A program made the translations under genes and the position numbers. From contig CAYNQF010000002.1 of NCBI GenBank assembly GCA_964399265.1, positions 3,444-67,443 on the forward strand: a DNA stretch of 64,000 nt. Reading direction: 5' to 3'. Below, piece by piece: positions 47,930-58,226 of this stretch (positions are counted from its first letter, which is position 1; the number at the start of each line of letters is the position of its first letter). The DNA is from an uncultured bacterium (GTDB lineage Bacteria > Joyebacterota > Joyebacteria > Joyebacterales > Joyebacteraceae). The notes beneath the pieces are model-generated. The model saw nothing but the letters and a program-made list of their open reading frames with translations, was not told where the DNA came from and ran no database searches.

Positions 47930-49297
47930 GTGCCGAAATCCAACGCGGAGCGTCCGCCATTGCCGGGACCTCGAATCAGGACACTGACAGCTCTGGCGGC
48001 CTCGGCCATCGTTCTGACGTCTCTCGGCGGCGCTTCCGCCGCCGGCTCGGTTCTCGAATTGACTCCCGACGGGGCCTGGAGCTGGTTCTCCGGGCCCCGC
48101 GCTTCGTGTTTCGGCGACACGCTGGTTGCCGGATGGGTTACCCGCGACGGACGCCTGCAGGTGGGGGTGTGCGATCTCTCGTCCGGGGCGGTTGAGCGCC
48201 ACGACGTCGTTCCGAACTTCGAGGCCGACGACCACTCGCATCCGATCGTGGTGAGGACTGGCGACGGGCGCTACACCGCGTTCTATTCGATCCACGCCGG
48301 AGCCAGCACCTTTCTCATGTACCGGGTGAGCGAGACGCCGGGTCGCATCGATTCGTGGCGAAGAGAGAGGAACATTACGACCAACACGCCCGGCTTCGGA
48401 GGCGTGACCTACCCGAACCTGTTCCCACTCCGCGGTTCGCGCGACAGGCTCCTCGCGTTCTGGCGCGGCGGCAACTGGAACCCAACGTACGATGTGCTGA
48501 CCTATGACCACGAGATGCTCTCGTGGAGATCCGGCGCCGCGGCCCCGCTCATCCTGTGCGCCGGGGAGAGACCGTACGCGAAGTACGCGATGGACAGCAC
48601 GGGCAAGGTGGGCGTGGCGTTCACCGACGGCCATCCCAGGGAGGTTCCGAACAACCTCTACTACGTTGCCGTAGAGTGGCAGTCTGAACGCGAAGGGGGA
48701 GGCTCGACGCTTGGTGCGCCCGACTTCCTGACCGCGGACGGCCGGACGATCCGGTCCGCGGAGTCGGGTCCACTCTCCGCGGAGGAGGCCGAGTTCGTCT
48801 TCGACAGAACGAGAACAGGCGGGGGCAACTGCTGGGTGTGGGATGTCGCGTTCGACGAGGACGACAGACCGGTCGTGGCGTATTCGGCGTTCGCGTCGAG
48901 GAACAACCATGAGTACCACGTCGCCTGGTACGACGGCGAATCCTGGGTCGACCACCTGCTGGTGCCCGACGCCGGCGGCTCGATCGCAGACACGACACAG
49001 GGGTACAACGAGTACTACTACTCGGGCGGCATCGCGCTCGATCCCAGGGGCCCCGGCACCGTCTACACGTCCGTCCGGAACGGCGCAGGCGGATGGGACG
49101 TAGCACAGTGGCGGACGCGCGACCGCGGGGTCTCCTGGGAGCGTCAGCCGGTCACCGAGAACTCGCCCGACAAGAACGTTCGCCCGGTCGTTCCCGTTGG
49201 ACTGGCCACAGGCAGAGACGCCGTCCTCTGGATGAGCGGCGGCTACACGTACTACACCGACTACGATACCGCGGTCCTTCTCTGGAGGTATCCATGA
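47930..49297 (+). CDS. Secreted hypothetical beta-propeller protein (BNR/sialidase-like; possible phosphoesterase); start uncertain (GTG 47930 or TTG 47960)
   Basis: Signal-like 'RIRTLTALAASAIVLTSLGGASAAG'; high GC3 in this frame; ATGA-coupled to the downstream acid phosphatase. Confidence 0.5.
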   Translation: MPKSNAERPPLPGPRIRTLTALAASAIVLTSLGGASAAGSVLELTPDGAWSWFSGPRASCFGDTLVAGWVTRDGRLQVGVCDLSSGAVERHDVVPNFEADDHSHPIVVRTGDGRYTAFYSIHAGASTFLMYRVSETPGRIDSWRRERNITTNTPGFGGVTYPNLFPLRGSRDRLLAFWRGGNWNPTYDVLTYDHEMLSWRSGAAAPLILCAGERPYAKYAMDSTGKVGVAFTDGHPREVPNNLYYVAVEWQSEREGGGSTLGAPDFLTADGRTIRSAESGPLSAEEAEFVFDRTRTGGGNCWVWDVAFDEDDRPVVAYSAFASRNNHEYHVAWYDGESWVDHLLVPDAGGSIADTTQGYNEYYYSGGIALDPRGPGTVYTSVRNGAGGWDVAQWRTRDRGVSWERQPVTENSPDKNVRPVVPVGLATGRDAVLWMSGGYTYYTDYDTAVLLWRYP

Positions 49298-50154
49298 TGC
49301 TGTCGACGACAAGTGGCCGTGTCCCGTTCTTCCTGGCCCTCCTTCTGGCCGTCACACTGCTTCCCGCGGCGCAAGCAGGTGCGCAGACGGCCGCCGCGCT
49401 CGAGACGCCGCCCGAGCAGGGCTCTCTGTCAGCCAACGTCTATCTCCAAACGTCGGCTGAGTACCGGGCCTGCTGCCTCGGCATCTACGCCGGCGCGACG
49501 CTCAGGCTTGAGGAGATGTTGGAGGACGCGGACCCGTCGCCCACGAGTCCCGCCGTCGTGATGGACATAGACGAGACCGTTCTCGACAACTCCACGTTCC
49601 AGACCTTCCTCTACGTGAACGGGCTCGACTACTCCGACGAGCTGTGGGAGCGGTTCGAGCGCGAAGGAGTCGGCGAGGTCGGGCTCGTGCCCGGTGCGAA
49701 GGGGTTCATCGAGCGGGCGGAGTCGCTCGGCGTCACGGTCATCTATCTGTCCAACAGGAACGAGAGCAACCTGGAATGGACGGCGCAGGCCCTCGAGCGC
49801 GTCGGCCTGGGTTCCGAGGGGCTGCGAGAGCGCCTTTATCTGAGACCGGCTGGAGCGTCCTCGGACAAGTCGCCGCGGCGCGATGAGGTGGCCGCGCGTT
49901 ACAACGTCCTCATGTACTTCGGGGACAACCTGAGAGATTTCTCCGAAGTGTTCGCCGCTCCGCGGCTTTCTTCTGACGCGTCGGAGCAGGACTACCTCGA
50001 CGCGATCGGTGCGCGGGCGGACGAGGTCGATGCGGCCTCCTGCCACTGGGGCGTCGACTGGTTCGCGCTGCCGAACCCCATCTACGGTGAGTGGGAGAAG
50101 CTGGAGGGCAAGCGTCCTGCGGACGTGCTGCGCCCCTCCGAGATGGCCCCCTGA
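49294..50154 (+). CDS. Class B acid phosphatase / 5'-nucleotidase lipoprotein e(P4) family (HAD superfamily)
   Basis: 'VVMDIDETVLDNS' DDDD motif, 'IYLSNR', 'YFGDNLRDF'; signal peptide; ATG overlaps upstream TGA. Confidence 0.75.
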   Translation: MMLSTTSGRVPFFLALLLAVTLLPAAQAGAQTAAALETPPEQGSLSANVYLQTSAEYRACCLGIYAGATLRLEEMLEDADPSPTSPAVVMDIDETVLDNSTFQTFLYVNGLDYSDELWERFEREGVGEVGLVPGAKGFIERAESLGVTVIYLSNRNESNLEWTAQALERVGLGSEGLRERLYLRPAGASSDKSPRRDEVAARYNVLMYFGDNLRDFSEVFAAPRLSSDASEQDYLDAIGARADEVDAASCHWGVDWFALPNPIYGEWEKLEGKRPADVLRPSEMAP

Positions 50155-50217
50155 CGGGCGCTCCCGGAAGGGCGCTGAGACGGCGAAGACGCCGCCGACC
50201 TCGGCGACGTCGTCCTG

Positions 50218-52281
50218 CTACCTGAGCAGCACGAGCTTCGCCGATGCCTCGTCCCGTCCCGTCGAAAGCCTGAGGAAGTAGACGCCGGAGGCGGCCTGAC
50301 CACCCTCGTCGCTCCTTCCGTTCCACACGGCGCTGTGACTGCCGGCCGCCACGTCGCGGTCGACGAGCGTCGTCACCAACCTGCCCGAGACGTCGTAGAC
50401 CCTGAGGTCCACGTGTCCCGCCTGAGGCATCGTGAACGTGAGCCGGGCACCTGGCCCGGAGGGGTTGGCGGGCGTCTGCAGCGCGAGCGCGCCTCCACCG
50501 TGCTGAACGCCGGTGGTCACCTCGTTGGCGTTCTTCAGGACCCAGTCGGCAGGGTCGAAGTTTACGTCGGTCGGTAGGTCGTCGACCGAGAAGAAGAAGT
50601 CCTGGCTCCACTGGTCGTTCCAGATCGTGACGAACGTGTCGCCCGTCGCGGTCTCGACCTGGATGTCGATGGGCATCGTGAACAGCCCGGCGTCCGACTG
50701 CACCTGGTCGACGTGCAGCATCACCTCGTAGGGCGGGCCCTGGTCGCTTGCGACCCACGACCACTCGTAGTCGGGTCGGTTCTCACCGTAGATCCATTCC
50801 TGGAAGAACCAGTCCATGCTCGAGCCGTACTTGGCCTCGCAGTATGACTGGAACTCCGCGGTCGTGGCCGTGCCGTACGAGTTGTCGGTGCCGTACGAAT
50901 CCAGAACGTCGAAGAGGGACTCCGCCGGGAAGTCCGTGTTAGGCGGCGCGCCGTCCGCGAGCGCCAGGACACGTCTCAGCATGTGCAGCACAAGCGCGCC
51001 CTTGTCGTAGACCGTCCGGTTGAAGGTTGCGTCGGGGTGGTAGATGGGGCCGTCGAAGTAGCCGTAGTAGTCGTAGCCGTCCACGTAGTCGTGGTACTCC
51101 TGTGAGCCTCCGAGGCTCTCGAACCAGAGCGCCTCCGAGTAGCTCGCGAACCCCTCGTTCAGCCAGACGTCATCCCAGGTCTCGCAGGTGACCCAGTCGC
51201 CCCACCACTGATGTGACAGCTCGTGCACGAGGATCCAGTCGTAGTAATGGTCGCCGCGTATGAGCACCCTGCCGTAGCTGGTGCAGGTCTGGTGCTCCAT
51301 CGCCCCGCCCCACGGGAATATCGCGTGACCGTACTTCTCCTCGACGAACGGGTACTCGCCGTACATTCCGGCGAACGCCCCGATGGCGGCGGCCGTAATG
51401 TCCAGGTCCTCCTGTGCCGCGGCAAGGATCTCGGGATACACGTAATTCTCTATCGGCATCGTGCCGCGGGAGTAGACGTAATAGTCGGTCCAGTGCGAGT
51501 AGTTCGATATGGCGACCGAGATCAGGTACGTGGTTATCGGGTAGTCCTCGACCCACGTGTAGGTCTTGGTGGAGCCATTGTCGGTGACCGAATCGAGCAA
51601 CCCGTTTGAGACCGCTGTCAGCGCGTCGTCGACCGTGATCGCCACGCGAGCGGAGTCCGCCTTGTCGGCCGGCGTGTCCTTGCACGGCCACCACTGCCGC
51701 GCTCCGCTGGGCTCGGACAGACTCGAGACGATCGGGTATCCGCCACCGTGGGTGTCGAAGGTGAGAGCATCGTTGATGGGGAAACCGTGATAGAAGATCT
51801 CGAGTTCGAACAGCTGCCCGGTGTCGACCGTGCTTCCGAGGGTGACCGTCAGAATGTCGTTGTTGTGCGAGTAGGAGAGCGGCAGACCTTCCTGCGACAT
51901 GACCGAGTCGACGGTCATGTTGTCGTAGAGGTCCAGGAGCACGGTCGTGAGGCCGTCGACGTTGCTCGTCGCCCTCATCGTGACCGAGCCCGCCACCGAC
52001 CCGGCGCCGTCGTCGATCTCGATGTCCAGGAAGTAGTATCGGGCGTCGAAGTCCTCCTGGGTGGCGCGCGCGGCGTCCCACGGGGCCGAGAGGGCCTCCT
52101 GCAGCTCCTCGAACGCGGCCTGCTTGGGTTCCCACAGCACGTTCCTGGGGTCACCGGAGCCTCTGGAGCGGTCGTCGAAGTAGGCCGGACGGGCGGCGGC
52201 GGTGACAGCGGCTGCGGCCACGGCCAGAACGGCGATGGCGGCCACGAGTCCACGGCTGGCCGGGAAGAATGCACGTTGCAT
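50218..52281 (-). CDS. Secreted M1-family zinc aminopeptidase (aminopeptidase N-like) with C-terminal FlgD-like sorting domain
   Basis: 'GAMEHQT' exopeptidase motif, 'HELSHQWWGD...WLNEGFASY' HEXXH-E zincin motif; C-terminal 'TMPQAGHVDLRVYDVSGRLVTTL...GVYFLRL...KLVLLR'. Confidence 0.85.
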   Translation of the reverse strand: MQRAFFPASRGLVAAIAVLAVAAAAVTAAARPAYFDDRSRGSGDPRNVLWEPKQAAFEELQEALSAPWDAARATQEDFDARYYFLDIEIDDGAGSVAGSVTMRATSNVDGLTTVLLDLYDNMTVDSVMSQEGLPLSYSHNNDILTVTLGSTVDTGQLFELEIFYHGFPINDALTFDTHGGGYPIVSSLSEPSGARQWWPCKDTPADKADSARVAITVDDALTAVSNGLLDSVTDNGSTKTYTWVEDYPITTYLISVAISNYSHWTDYYVYSRGTMPIENYVYPEILAAAQEDLDITAAAIGAFAGMYGEYPFVEEKYGHAIFPWGGAMEHQTCTSYGRVLIRGDHYYDWILVHELSHQWWGDWVTCETWDDVWLNEGFASYSEALWFESLGGSQEYHDYVDGYDYYGYFDGPIYHPDATFNRTVYDKGALVLHMLRRVLALADGAPPNTDFPAESLFDVLDSYGTDNSYGTATTAEFQSYCEAKYGSSMDWFFQEWIYGENRPDYEWSWVASDQGPPYEVMLHVDQVQSDAGLFTMPIDIQVETATGDTFVTIWNDQWSQDFFFSVDDLPTDVNFDPADWVLKNANEVTTGVQHGGGALALQTPANPSGPGARLTFTMPQAGHVDLRVYDVSGRLVTTLVDRDVAAGSHSAVWNGRSDEGGQAASGVYFLRLSTGRDEASAKLVLLR

Positions 52282-52572
52282 CGTTTCCTCCTGGAGCATC
52301 AGGACGGGGGCACCGTGGAATGTCGCGGCGCCTCAAATGGTGGAGTTCTGTGGTTCCATTATACCGCAATCCAGGCCAGAGGTCAAGAGCGACAACAGAT
52401 TCTGTCGGACCGCGTCATAGTTCGGTAGTACGATGCTGCATGTCCCTCTAGGCCGCCCGGGGGAGGACCCAGCCATGGAGCTGATACTGCAGCCGTTTGC
52501 GGGCGGCCACGGTCGCTCACTGCGCGGCGCTGAGTCGAGTGCCGGCGCGCGGCGGGCACAGTCGGGGAGTCG

Positions 52573-53280
52573 ATGATGCGGAGATTCATGCTGCCGGCGG
52601 TCGCCGTTGTCGTGGCGGTCGCGGTGATCGGATGCCAGAAGGCGGAGAAGCCGCCGGAGAAGCCGAAGGTAACGATACCAGCGGGGCAGGTGCTGGTCAG
52701 GGATGCCGATCTGCGGGACCTGTCCGGCCAGACCCGCGTGCACCTGCTCATGGCGCGCGACGCACTTCAGAAGCGGGACACGAAGATGGCCGCGGGCGAG
52801 CTGCGCACGGCGACCGCCTTCATGAGGCTGGAGCTTGCGCGGGGCAAGGCTCAAGGCAAGAAGGGGCTCAAGGCATCGATAGACGAACTCACGAAGCTCG
52901 CGGACGGTCTTGGCGGCGGCACCAAGATGGTAGTGAGCGATCTCAACGTTCCGGCAGCGCGTGCCGACTACGCTCTGGCGCTCCACCACTACTACGTCGC
53001 CGCCGCCGCGATAAAGGCGGGGGCGGACAAGAAGGCAGCCCACGACCTGACGGCATCGGTGCAGGAGGCCCAGGACGTCTTCAGGTGGGTGAAGAGGAAG
53101 CAGACCACCGAGGAGAAGGGCGCGGCCTCACAGGTCGAGGAACTGGCTGCCAAGATGGCCGGTGGAACCGCCGTCGGAGCTCAGGACGTCGACAGGGCCA
53201 TGAGCGCGCTCAAGACGTACCTGGACGGTCTGTCAGCCACCGTGGAGCCCGCGAAGGGCGGCACGCCCGCTCAGGGGTAG
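52573..53280 (+). CDS. Hypothetical lipoprotein, mostly alpha-helical
   Basis: Lipobox 'VAVIGCQK'; no recognisable domain. Confidence 0.45.
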   Translation: MMRRFMLPAVAVVVAVAVIGCQKAEKPPEKPKVTIPAGQVLVRDADLRDLSGQTRVHLLMARDALQKRDTKMAAGELRTATAFMRLELARGKAQGKKGLKASIDELTKLADGLGGGTKMVVSDLNVPAARADYALALHHYYVAAAAIKAGADKKAAHDLTASVQEAQDVFRWVKRKQTTEEKGAASQVEELAAKMAGGTAVGAQDVDRAMSALKTYLDGLSATVEPAKGGTPAQG

Positions 53281-53436
53281 GGCCGGGCCCTCTCGGGATG
53301 CCGACCTCACTAGCGCACGCGGACGACCCTGGACGCCGCTCCGGGGTCGTCCGTTGACGTGACTCAAGACGGTTGGCACGTGCGGCGCGCGACTGGTAGT
53401 ATTCACCGGTCGCCTGAACCATCGGAGGGGGTACAA

Positions 53437-54435
53437 GTGTCAGAGCTGCGCCAGAACGCCGCAACGAAGGAGTGGGTCGTCATCGCGAGCGAGCGCGCGA
53501 AGCGGCCGGACGAATACTCGGAGAAGAAGTCGACGCTCACGGAGGACCATCCGGCGTGGGTCGCCGACTGCCCGTTCTGTCCGGGCAACGAGGAGCCCGA
53601 CCTCGAGATATCGCGCGAGCCTGCGTCCGGCCCCTGGCAGCTGAGGGTCATCAAGAACAAGTTTCCCGCGCTCAGGGTGTCGGACGAACTGGTTCGGAAC
53701 CCCGCGGGGACACGGCGCTCGATCTCCGGCTTCGGATACCACGAGGTCGTCGTGGAGTCGTCGGTGCACAATACCTGCCCGGCGCTCGAGAGCCCGGAAG
53801 AGGTCACCCGGGTCCTGTCGGCCTTCAGACGACGAGGCCGCAAGATGGCGGCCGACGAGCGCGTCGAACACGTCATCTACTTCAAGAACCACGGCGAGCG
53901 GGCCGGCACCTCCCTCGAGCATCCACACGCACAGATCGTGGGTGTGCCGGTCGTTCCGTACGAGATCCGCGCGCGCACGGAGGAGGCGCGCAGGCACTTC
54001 GACGACGACGGCACCTGCGTCTTCTGCGACATTCTGGAGGACGAGCTGCGTGACAAGAGCAGGTTGATCGTCCAGAGCGAACGTTTCGTGGCGTTCGTAC
54101 CGTACGCGGCTCCGACGCCGTTCCACACCTGGATACTGCCGCGCCGGCACTCGCCGGACTTCCTCATGGTGTCCGATGCGGACCTCGAAGATCTCGGGCA
54201 CGTGCTTCACACGGTGCTGCGCAAGCTGTACGTTGGACTCCACGACCCGGACTACAACTACATCATCCGCTCCGCGGCGATGCAGGACAGGGAACAGGAC
54301 TACCTCCACTGGTACATGTCGATCATCCCGCGCGTCGCCCGCTCTGCGGGGTTCGAACTCGGCAGCGGCATGTTCATCAACACGGCCAGGCCCGAGGACA
54401 GCGCTGAGTTCCTGAGGAACGTTAAGGAAGGGTGA
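53437..54435 (+). CDS. galT: Galactose-1-phosphate uridylyltransferase (HIT family)
   Basis: GTG start with GGAGGGGG RBS; 'CPFCPGNE' zinc site; 'HPHAQI' HxHxQ active site; N-terminal 'ELRQNAATKEWVVIA'. Confidence 0.85.
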   Translation: MSELRQNAATKEWVVIASERAKRPDEYSEKKSTLTEDHPAWVADCPFCPGNEEPDLEISREPASGPWQLRVIKNKFPALRVSDELVRNPAGTRRSISGFGYHEVVVESSVHNTCPALESPEEVTRVLSAFRRRGRKMAADERVEHVIYFKNHGERAGTSLEHPHAQIVGVPVVPYEIRARTEEARRHFDDDGTCVFCDILEDELRDKSRLIVQSERFVAFVPYAAPTPFHTWILPRRHSPDFLMVSDADLEDLGHVLHTVLRKLYVGLHDPDYNYIIRSAAMQDREQDYLHWYMSIIPRVARSAGFELGSGMFINTARPEDSAEFLRNVKEG

Positions 54436-54496
54436 TCGGGCAGCGGCACCCAGACGATGGGCGAACCGGCGCGGGGTCCTGAGCACGCCCGGGGGC

Positions 54497-55285
54497 TCAG
54501 TCGCAGCGCCGCCCGGCGGCCAGTCCCAGAGGCAGCTCCAGCCCGCACGACAGGAGAAGTCTCTCGTCGCTCAGAACGCGGCGTGATTCGCCGTCCGCGA
54601 CGGCCCGTCCTCTCTCGAGCACGAGCACGCGGTCGCACAGGTCGAGCGCCATGTCCAGGTCGTGCGTGGCAATGACCTTCGTGTGGTCGAGTCCCCTCAA
54701 CAGGTCGATCAGCCGCCGTCTCGCGCCCGGGTCGAGTCCGGACCCGGGCTCGTCCATTACCATGATAGACGGGTCCATCGACAGCACGGTCGCTATTGCG
54801 ACCGCGCGTTTCTCGCCGCCCGACAGGTGGTACGGCGCGCGCGACGCGAGGTGCGCGGCGCCGACCCGTTCGAGCGCCTCGTTCGCCCGCTCGACCGCCG
54901 CCTCGGGCGCCAGGCCCATGTTGAGCGGCCCGAACGCGACGTCCTGCAGCGCGGTCGGCATGAAGAGCTGGTCGTCCGAGTTCTGGAAGAGCATCCCGAC
55001 CATGCGGCGGACCTCACTCAGGTTGGCTCTTTTGACCTTCGAGCCCTCGACGCTCACCGTGCCCTCGCGTGGCACCAGGTAGCCGTTGAGATGGAGGAGA
55101 AGCGTCGACTTGCCCGCTCCGTTCGCGCCAACGACCGCGAGCGACTCGCCGCGCGTTACGTCGAACGACACCTCCTCGAGCGCCCTGCTGCCGTCCGGGT
55201 AGGTGAAGGAGAGGCCCCTGATCTCCAGGGCAGGGGATGCCCCGCTCCGCTCGCGGGAACCGCCGGGGCCGTCGCTCTCTCTCAT
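54497..55285 (-). CDS. cbiO: ECF/cobalt-nickel ABC transporter ATP-binding protein
   Basis: Walker A 'GANGAGKST', signature 'LSGGEKRAV', Walker B 'MVMDEP'; start overlaps cbiQ stop (ATGA). Confidence 0.85.
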   Translation of the reverse strand: MRESDGPGGSRERSGASPALEIRGLSFTYPDGSRALEEVSFDVTRGESLAVVGANGAGKSTLLLHLNGYLVPREGTVSVEGSKVKRANLSEVRRMVGMLFQNSDDQLFMPTALQDVAFGPLNMGLAPEAAVERANEALERVGAAHLASRAPYHLSGGEKRAVAIATVLSMDPSIMVMDEPGSGLDPGARRRLIDLLRGLDHTKVIATHDLDMALDLCDRVLVLERGRAVADGESRRVLSDERLLLSCGLELPLGLAAGRRCD

Positions 55286-56094
55286 CCCATCATCCCCCTC
55301 ACAAGGTTTCCCAGCATCGCCGGCAGGTCCCAGACGCGCATGGCGACGAACGCAGCCGACCAGCCGAGCCCGAACGCCAGGTCCGAGCGCCGCAGCTCGA
55401 GTCGGTTCAAGAGGCGCACCTCGCCCGTGAAACCTCTGCTACGCATCGCGCCGTGTATCCTGTCGCCCCGGTCGATGGTACGAAGCAACATGTGTCCCGT
55501 GATCGAGGCGAACGTCTTCATGTCCCTGCCCCTGCGTCCGAACGAACGGAGGTCCCTCGCGCGCGCGACGCGCGACGCCTCGTCGGCCAGGACGAAGATG
55601 TAGCGGTAGAGGAGGAGCAGCTGCACGACCATGACCTCGGGAACTCCGAGCTTCCGAAGGCCCACACACAAGCCCTCAAAGCTCGTCACCCCGACGAGTA
55701 CGATGGTCGTCCCAACCGTGAGCGCGAAACGCACGAGCACCGACGTGAACGAGAGGACGCCCGCGCTCAGCACGACTGGGCCCGCGGCGAAGGCCGCCGA
55801 CCGTTCGATGAAGAGGCTCGGGAGCGCTACGAGCAGCGCGAAGGGAGAGACAAGAGCGGCCTTCCTCGCCACGTACCCCATCGGGATGCCGCCCAGCGAC
55901 GCCATCGCCAGGGGGTAGAGCACAAACGGCAGGAGCGCGGAGATCTCGTATCGTTCGAAGGAGAGCACGCACGTCAGGAAGACGGCGGTCGCCACGAGCT
56001 TGGCGCGCGGGTCGACGCGATGGACCGTCGTTTCGCGCAGCGCCATCGCGTCCAGGTTCCTGATGTCACCGAGAGCAGCTTCGATTCCTCTCAT
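55282..56094 (-). CDS. cbiQ: ECF transporter transmembrane (T) component
   Basis: CbiQ-like multi-TM protein with 'RDLRSFGRRGRDMKTFASITGHMLLRT' C-terminal loop; operon position between nikR and cbiO. Confidence 0.8.
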   Translation of the reverse strand: MRGIEAALGDIRNLDAMALRETTVHRVDPRAKLVATAVFLTCVLSFERYEISALLPFVLYPLAMASLGGIPMGYVARKAALVSPFALLVALPSLFIERSAAFAAGPVVLSAGVLSFTSVLVRFALTVGTTIVLVGVTSFEGLCVGLRKLGVPEVMVVQLLLLYRYIFVLADEASRVARARDLRSFGRRGRDMKTFASITGHMLLRTIDRGDRIHGAMRSRGFTGEVRLLNRLELRRSDLAFGLGWSAAFVAMRVWDLPAMLGNLVRGMMG

Positions 56095-56102
56095 GGGTAC
56101 CG

Positions 56103-56522
56103 TCAGGCAATGTCCTCTCCGGCAGTGGTCGTCACGAGTTTGCCGTGCTTGACTCCCTTCATGCCGATCAGGTGGTCCGCGAGCGTCCGCACTTCGCCTG
56201 CCTTGCCCCGCACGACGATGACCTCGAGGCAGTCCCTCGGGTTCAGGTGGACGTGGAGCACCGAGATCACCGCGTCGTGATGACCGTGCTGGTGCTCCGT
56301 CAGCCTGTCGGAGACGCCGCGCATGTGATGGTCGTAGACGATGGTGACGGTTCCCACGATCTCCTCGTTCCCCCGCGCGGACGCGTCCTCGACCAGGGCT
56401 CCCCTCACGAGGTCACGTATGGCTTCGGAGCGGTTGTCGTAGCCCTTGCGCTCCATCAGGGCGTCGAACTTCCTCAAGAGCTTCGCGTCCATCGATATCC
56501 CGAAACGGGCCAGCTCGTTCAT
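56103..56522 (-). CDS. nikR: Nickel-responsive transcriptional regulator NikR (ribbon-helix-helix plus C-terminal metal-binding domain)
   Basis: '[32 protein letters not shown]' RHH; '[12 protein letters not shown]' with His/Cys nickel ligands. Confidence 0.85.
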   Translation of the reverse strand: MNELARFGISMDAKLLRKFDALMERKGYDNRSEAIRDLVRGALVEDASARGNEEIVGTVTIVYDHHMRGVSDRLTEHQHGHHDAVISVLHVHLNPRDCLEVIVVRGKAGEVRTLADHLIGMKGVKHGKLVTTTAGEDIA

Positions 56523-56572
56523 CCCGCCTCCCCGTAGCACGAACCGAAGAATCTTGCTATCCGACTTCCGGC

Positions 56573-56600
56573 GTGTTACTCTTCCTCAATATGGTAACAC
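56573..56600. promoter_or_regulatory. Predicted NikR operator: perfect inverted repeat GTGTTAC-N14-GTAACAC in the nikR/cbiM divergent intergenic region
   Basis: 7-bp perfect arms at 56573-56579 and 56594-56600; located 26 nt upstream of the cbiM ATG and about 50 nt upstream of nikR. Confidence 0.6.
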
Positions 56601-56625
56601 GGCACGGCCACGGGAGGTAGCACAG

Positions 56626-57669
56626 ATGCACATGGCAGACGCGCTTCTTTCGCCGGGTGTAGGAGCAACGATGTGGGCGCTGGCGGGCGGAGCGATCGCC
56701 TACGCCGCACGGAAGGTGCGCTCGAGGCTGGACGAGTCGCTCGTGCCGCTCATGGGAGTGCTAGGGGCGTTCGTCTTCGCGGCGCAGATGATCAACTTCA
56801 CGATACCGGGCACCGGGTCGAGCGGTCACCTCGGAGGAGGGATGCTGCTGGCCATCCTGTTGGGGCCCGAGGCTGCATTCCTCGTGATCGCCTCCGTGCT
56901 CTCGGTGCAGGCGTTCTTCTTCGCCGACGGCGGTCTGCTTGCTCTCGGGGCCAACATCTTCAACATGGGCGTCCTTCCGTGCTTCGTCGCGTACCCGCTC
57001 CTCTACAGGCCACTCGCGGGGCGTGACACCGCGCCGCGCCGCATGGCCGTGGCCTCGGTGATCGCGTCGGTCGCAGCGCTCGAGCTGGGTGCGTCGGGCG
57101 TCGTGTTGGAGACCGTGTGGTCGGGCATCACGAGTCTGCCGTTCGCCTCGTTCGCTCTTCTCATGCTGCCGGTGCACCTGGCCATCGGCATCGTTGAGGG
57201 TCTCGTGACCGCGGCCGTCGTCACGTTTGTCTGGCGGGCGAGGCCCGAGATCCTGTCGCGCGGCCACGTTCCCGGTGGGATGCCGTCCCTCAGGAAGGTG
57301 ATGGTCGGTCTGGCCGCCGCGACACTCGTTGCGGGCGCCGTGCTTTCGTGGTTCGCTTCAGCCCACCCGGATGGGTTAGAATGGTCGGTGGCAGGCGTCA
57401 CCGGGTCAGAGGAACTCGCGGCGCCGCCCGACGGAAGTCACGTGGCCTTGGGCGCCCTGCAGGAGAGGATGTCCTTCTTGCCGGATTACGGGTTCCGCCG
57501 GGCCTCGGCCGATGTGGAAGAGGATGCCGAATCCTCGTGGCCGGCGGTCGACGCGGGGACCAGCGTCTCCGGCGTCCTGGGCGGCGCAATGACTCTGGCG
57601 CTCGCGGGGATCGTGGCCTTCATCCTGAGAAGGAGGGCCTCAGCATGGAACTCACGCTCACCATCCTGA
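56626..57669 (+). CDS. cbiM: ECF transporter substrate-specific component CbiM/NikM with C-terminal PDGLE-domain extension
   Basis: 'MHMADALLSPGVG' CbiM N-terminus; 'AHPDGLEWS' PDGLE motif in a 347-aa protein; GGGAGG RBS. Confidence 0.8.
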   Translation: MHMADALLSPGVGATMWALAGGAIAYAARKVRSRLDESLVPLMGVLGAFVFAAQMINFTIPGTGSSGHLGGGMLLAILLGPEAAFLVIASVLSVQAFFFADGGLLALGANIFNMGVLPCFVAYPLLYRPLAGRDTAPRRMAVASVIASVAALELGASGVVLETVWSGITSLPFASFALLMLPVHLAIGIVEGLVTAAVVTFVWRARPEILSRGHVPGGMPSLRKVMVGLAAATLVAGAVLSWFASAHPDGLEWSVAGVTGSEELAAPPDGSHVALGALQERMSFLPDYGFRRASADVEEDAESSWPAVDAGTSVSGVLGGAMTLALAGIVAFILRRRASAWNSRSPS

Positions 57670-58226
57670 TAGGGATCGGCCTGGCAGCGGCATGCGGGTA
57701 TCGAGTCTTCGTCCCGTTCCTCGTGCTCAGCATCGCCGCCGTGAGCGGCCATGTTACCCTCTCTCACGGCTTCGAGTGGATAGGGACGCCGCCCGCGCTC
57801 ATCGCCTTCGCGATCGCCACCGCTCTCGAGGTTCTTGCCTACTACATACCGTGGCTCGACAACGTGCTGGACGCGGCCGCCACGCCGGCGGCCGTCGTCG
57901 CCGGCGTCGTGATAGCCGCGTCCGTGGTGACCGATGTCTCGCCGTTTCTAAGATGGACGCTCGCGGTGATAGCGGGGGGGGGAGCGGCGGCGGCCGTTCA
58001 GGCCACGACCGTCGCGGTGCGTGGCGCGTCGACCGTCACCACGGGAGGCGTGGGCAACCCGGTCGTATCGACAGGGGAACTCGGCGGCTCGGTCGTCACG
58101 TCGGTACTGTCGATCGCCGTTCCGGTCGTCGCAGTGGCGCTCGTGATCGTGTTGCTTGTCGTGATCGTGCGCGTGACGCGCGGGCTTCGCCGCCGTCGCT
58201 GCGCGCCCGGCGTCACATCCCCGTGA
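57645..58226 (+). CDS. DUF4126-like integral membrane protein, translationally coupled (25-nt overlap) to cbiM
   Basis: 'MELTLTILIGIGLAAACGYRVFVPFLVLSIAA' matches my recollection of the DUF4126 N-terminus; GAGAAGGAGGG RBS. Confidence 0.55.
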   Translation: MELTLTILIGIGLAAACGYRVFVPFLVLSIAAVSGHVTLSHGFEWIGTPPALIAFAIATALEVLAYYIPWLDNVLDAAATPAAVVAGVVIAASVVTDVSPFLRWTLAVIAGGGAAAAVQATTVAVRGASTVTTGGVGNPVVSTGELGGSVVTSVLSIAVPVVAVALVIVLLVVIVRVTRGLRRRRCAPGVTSP

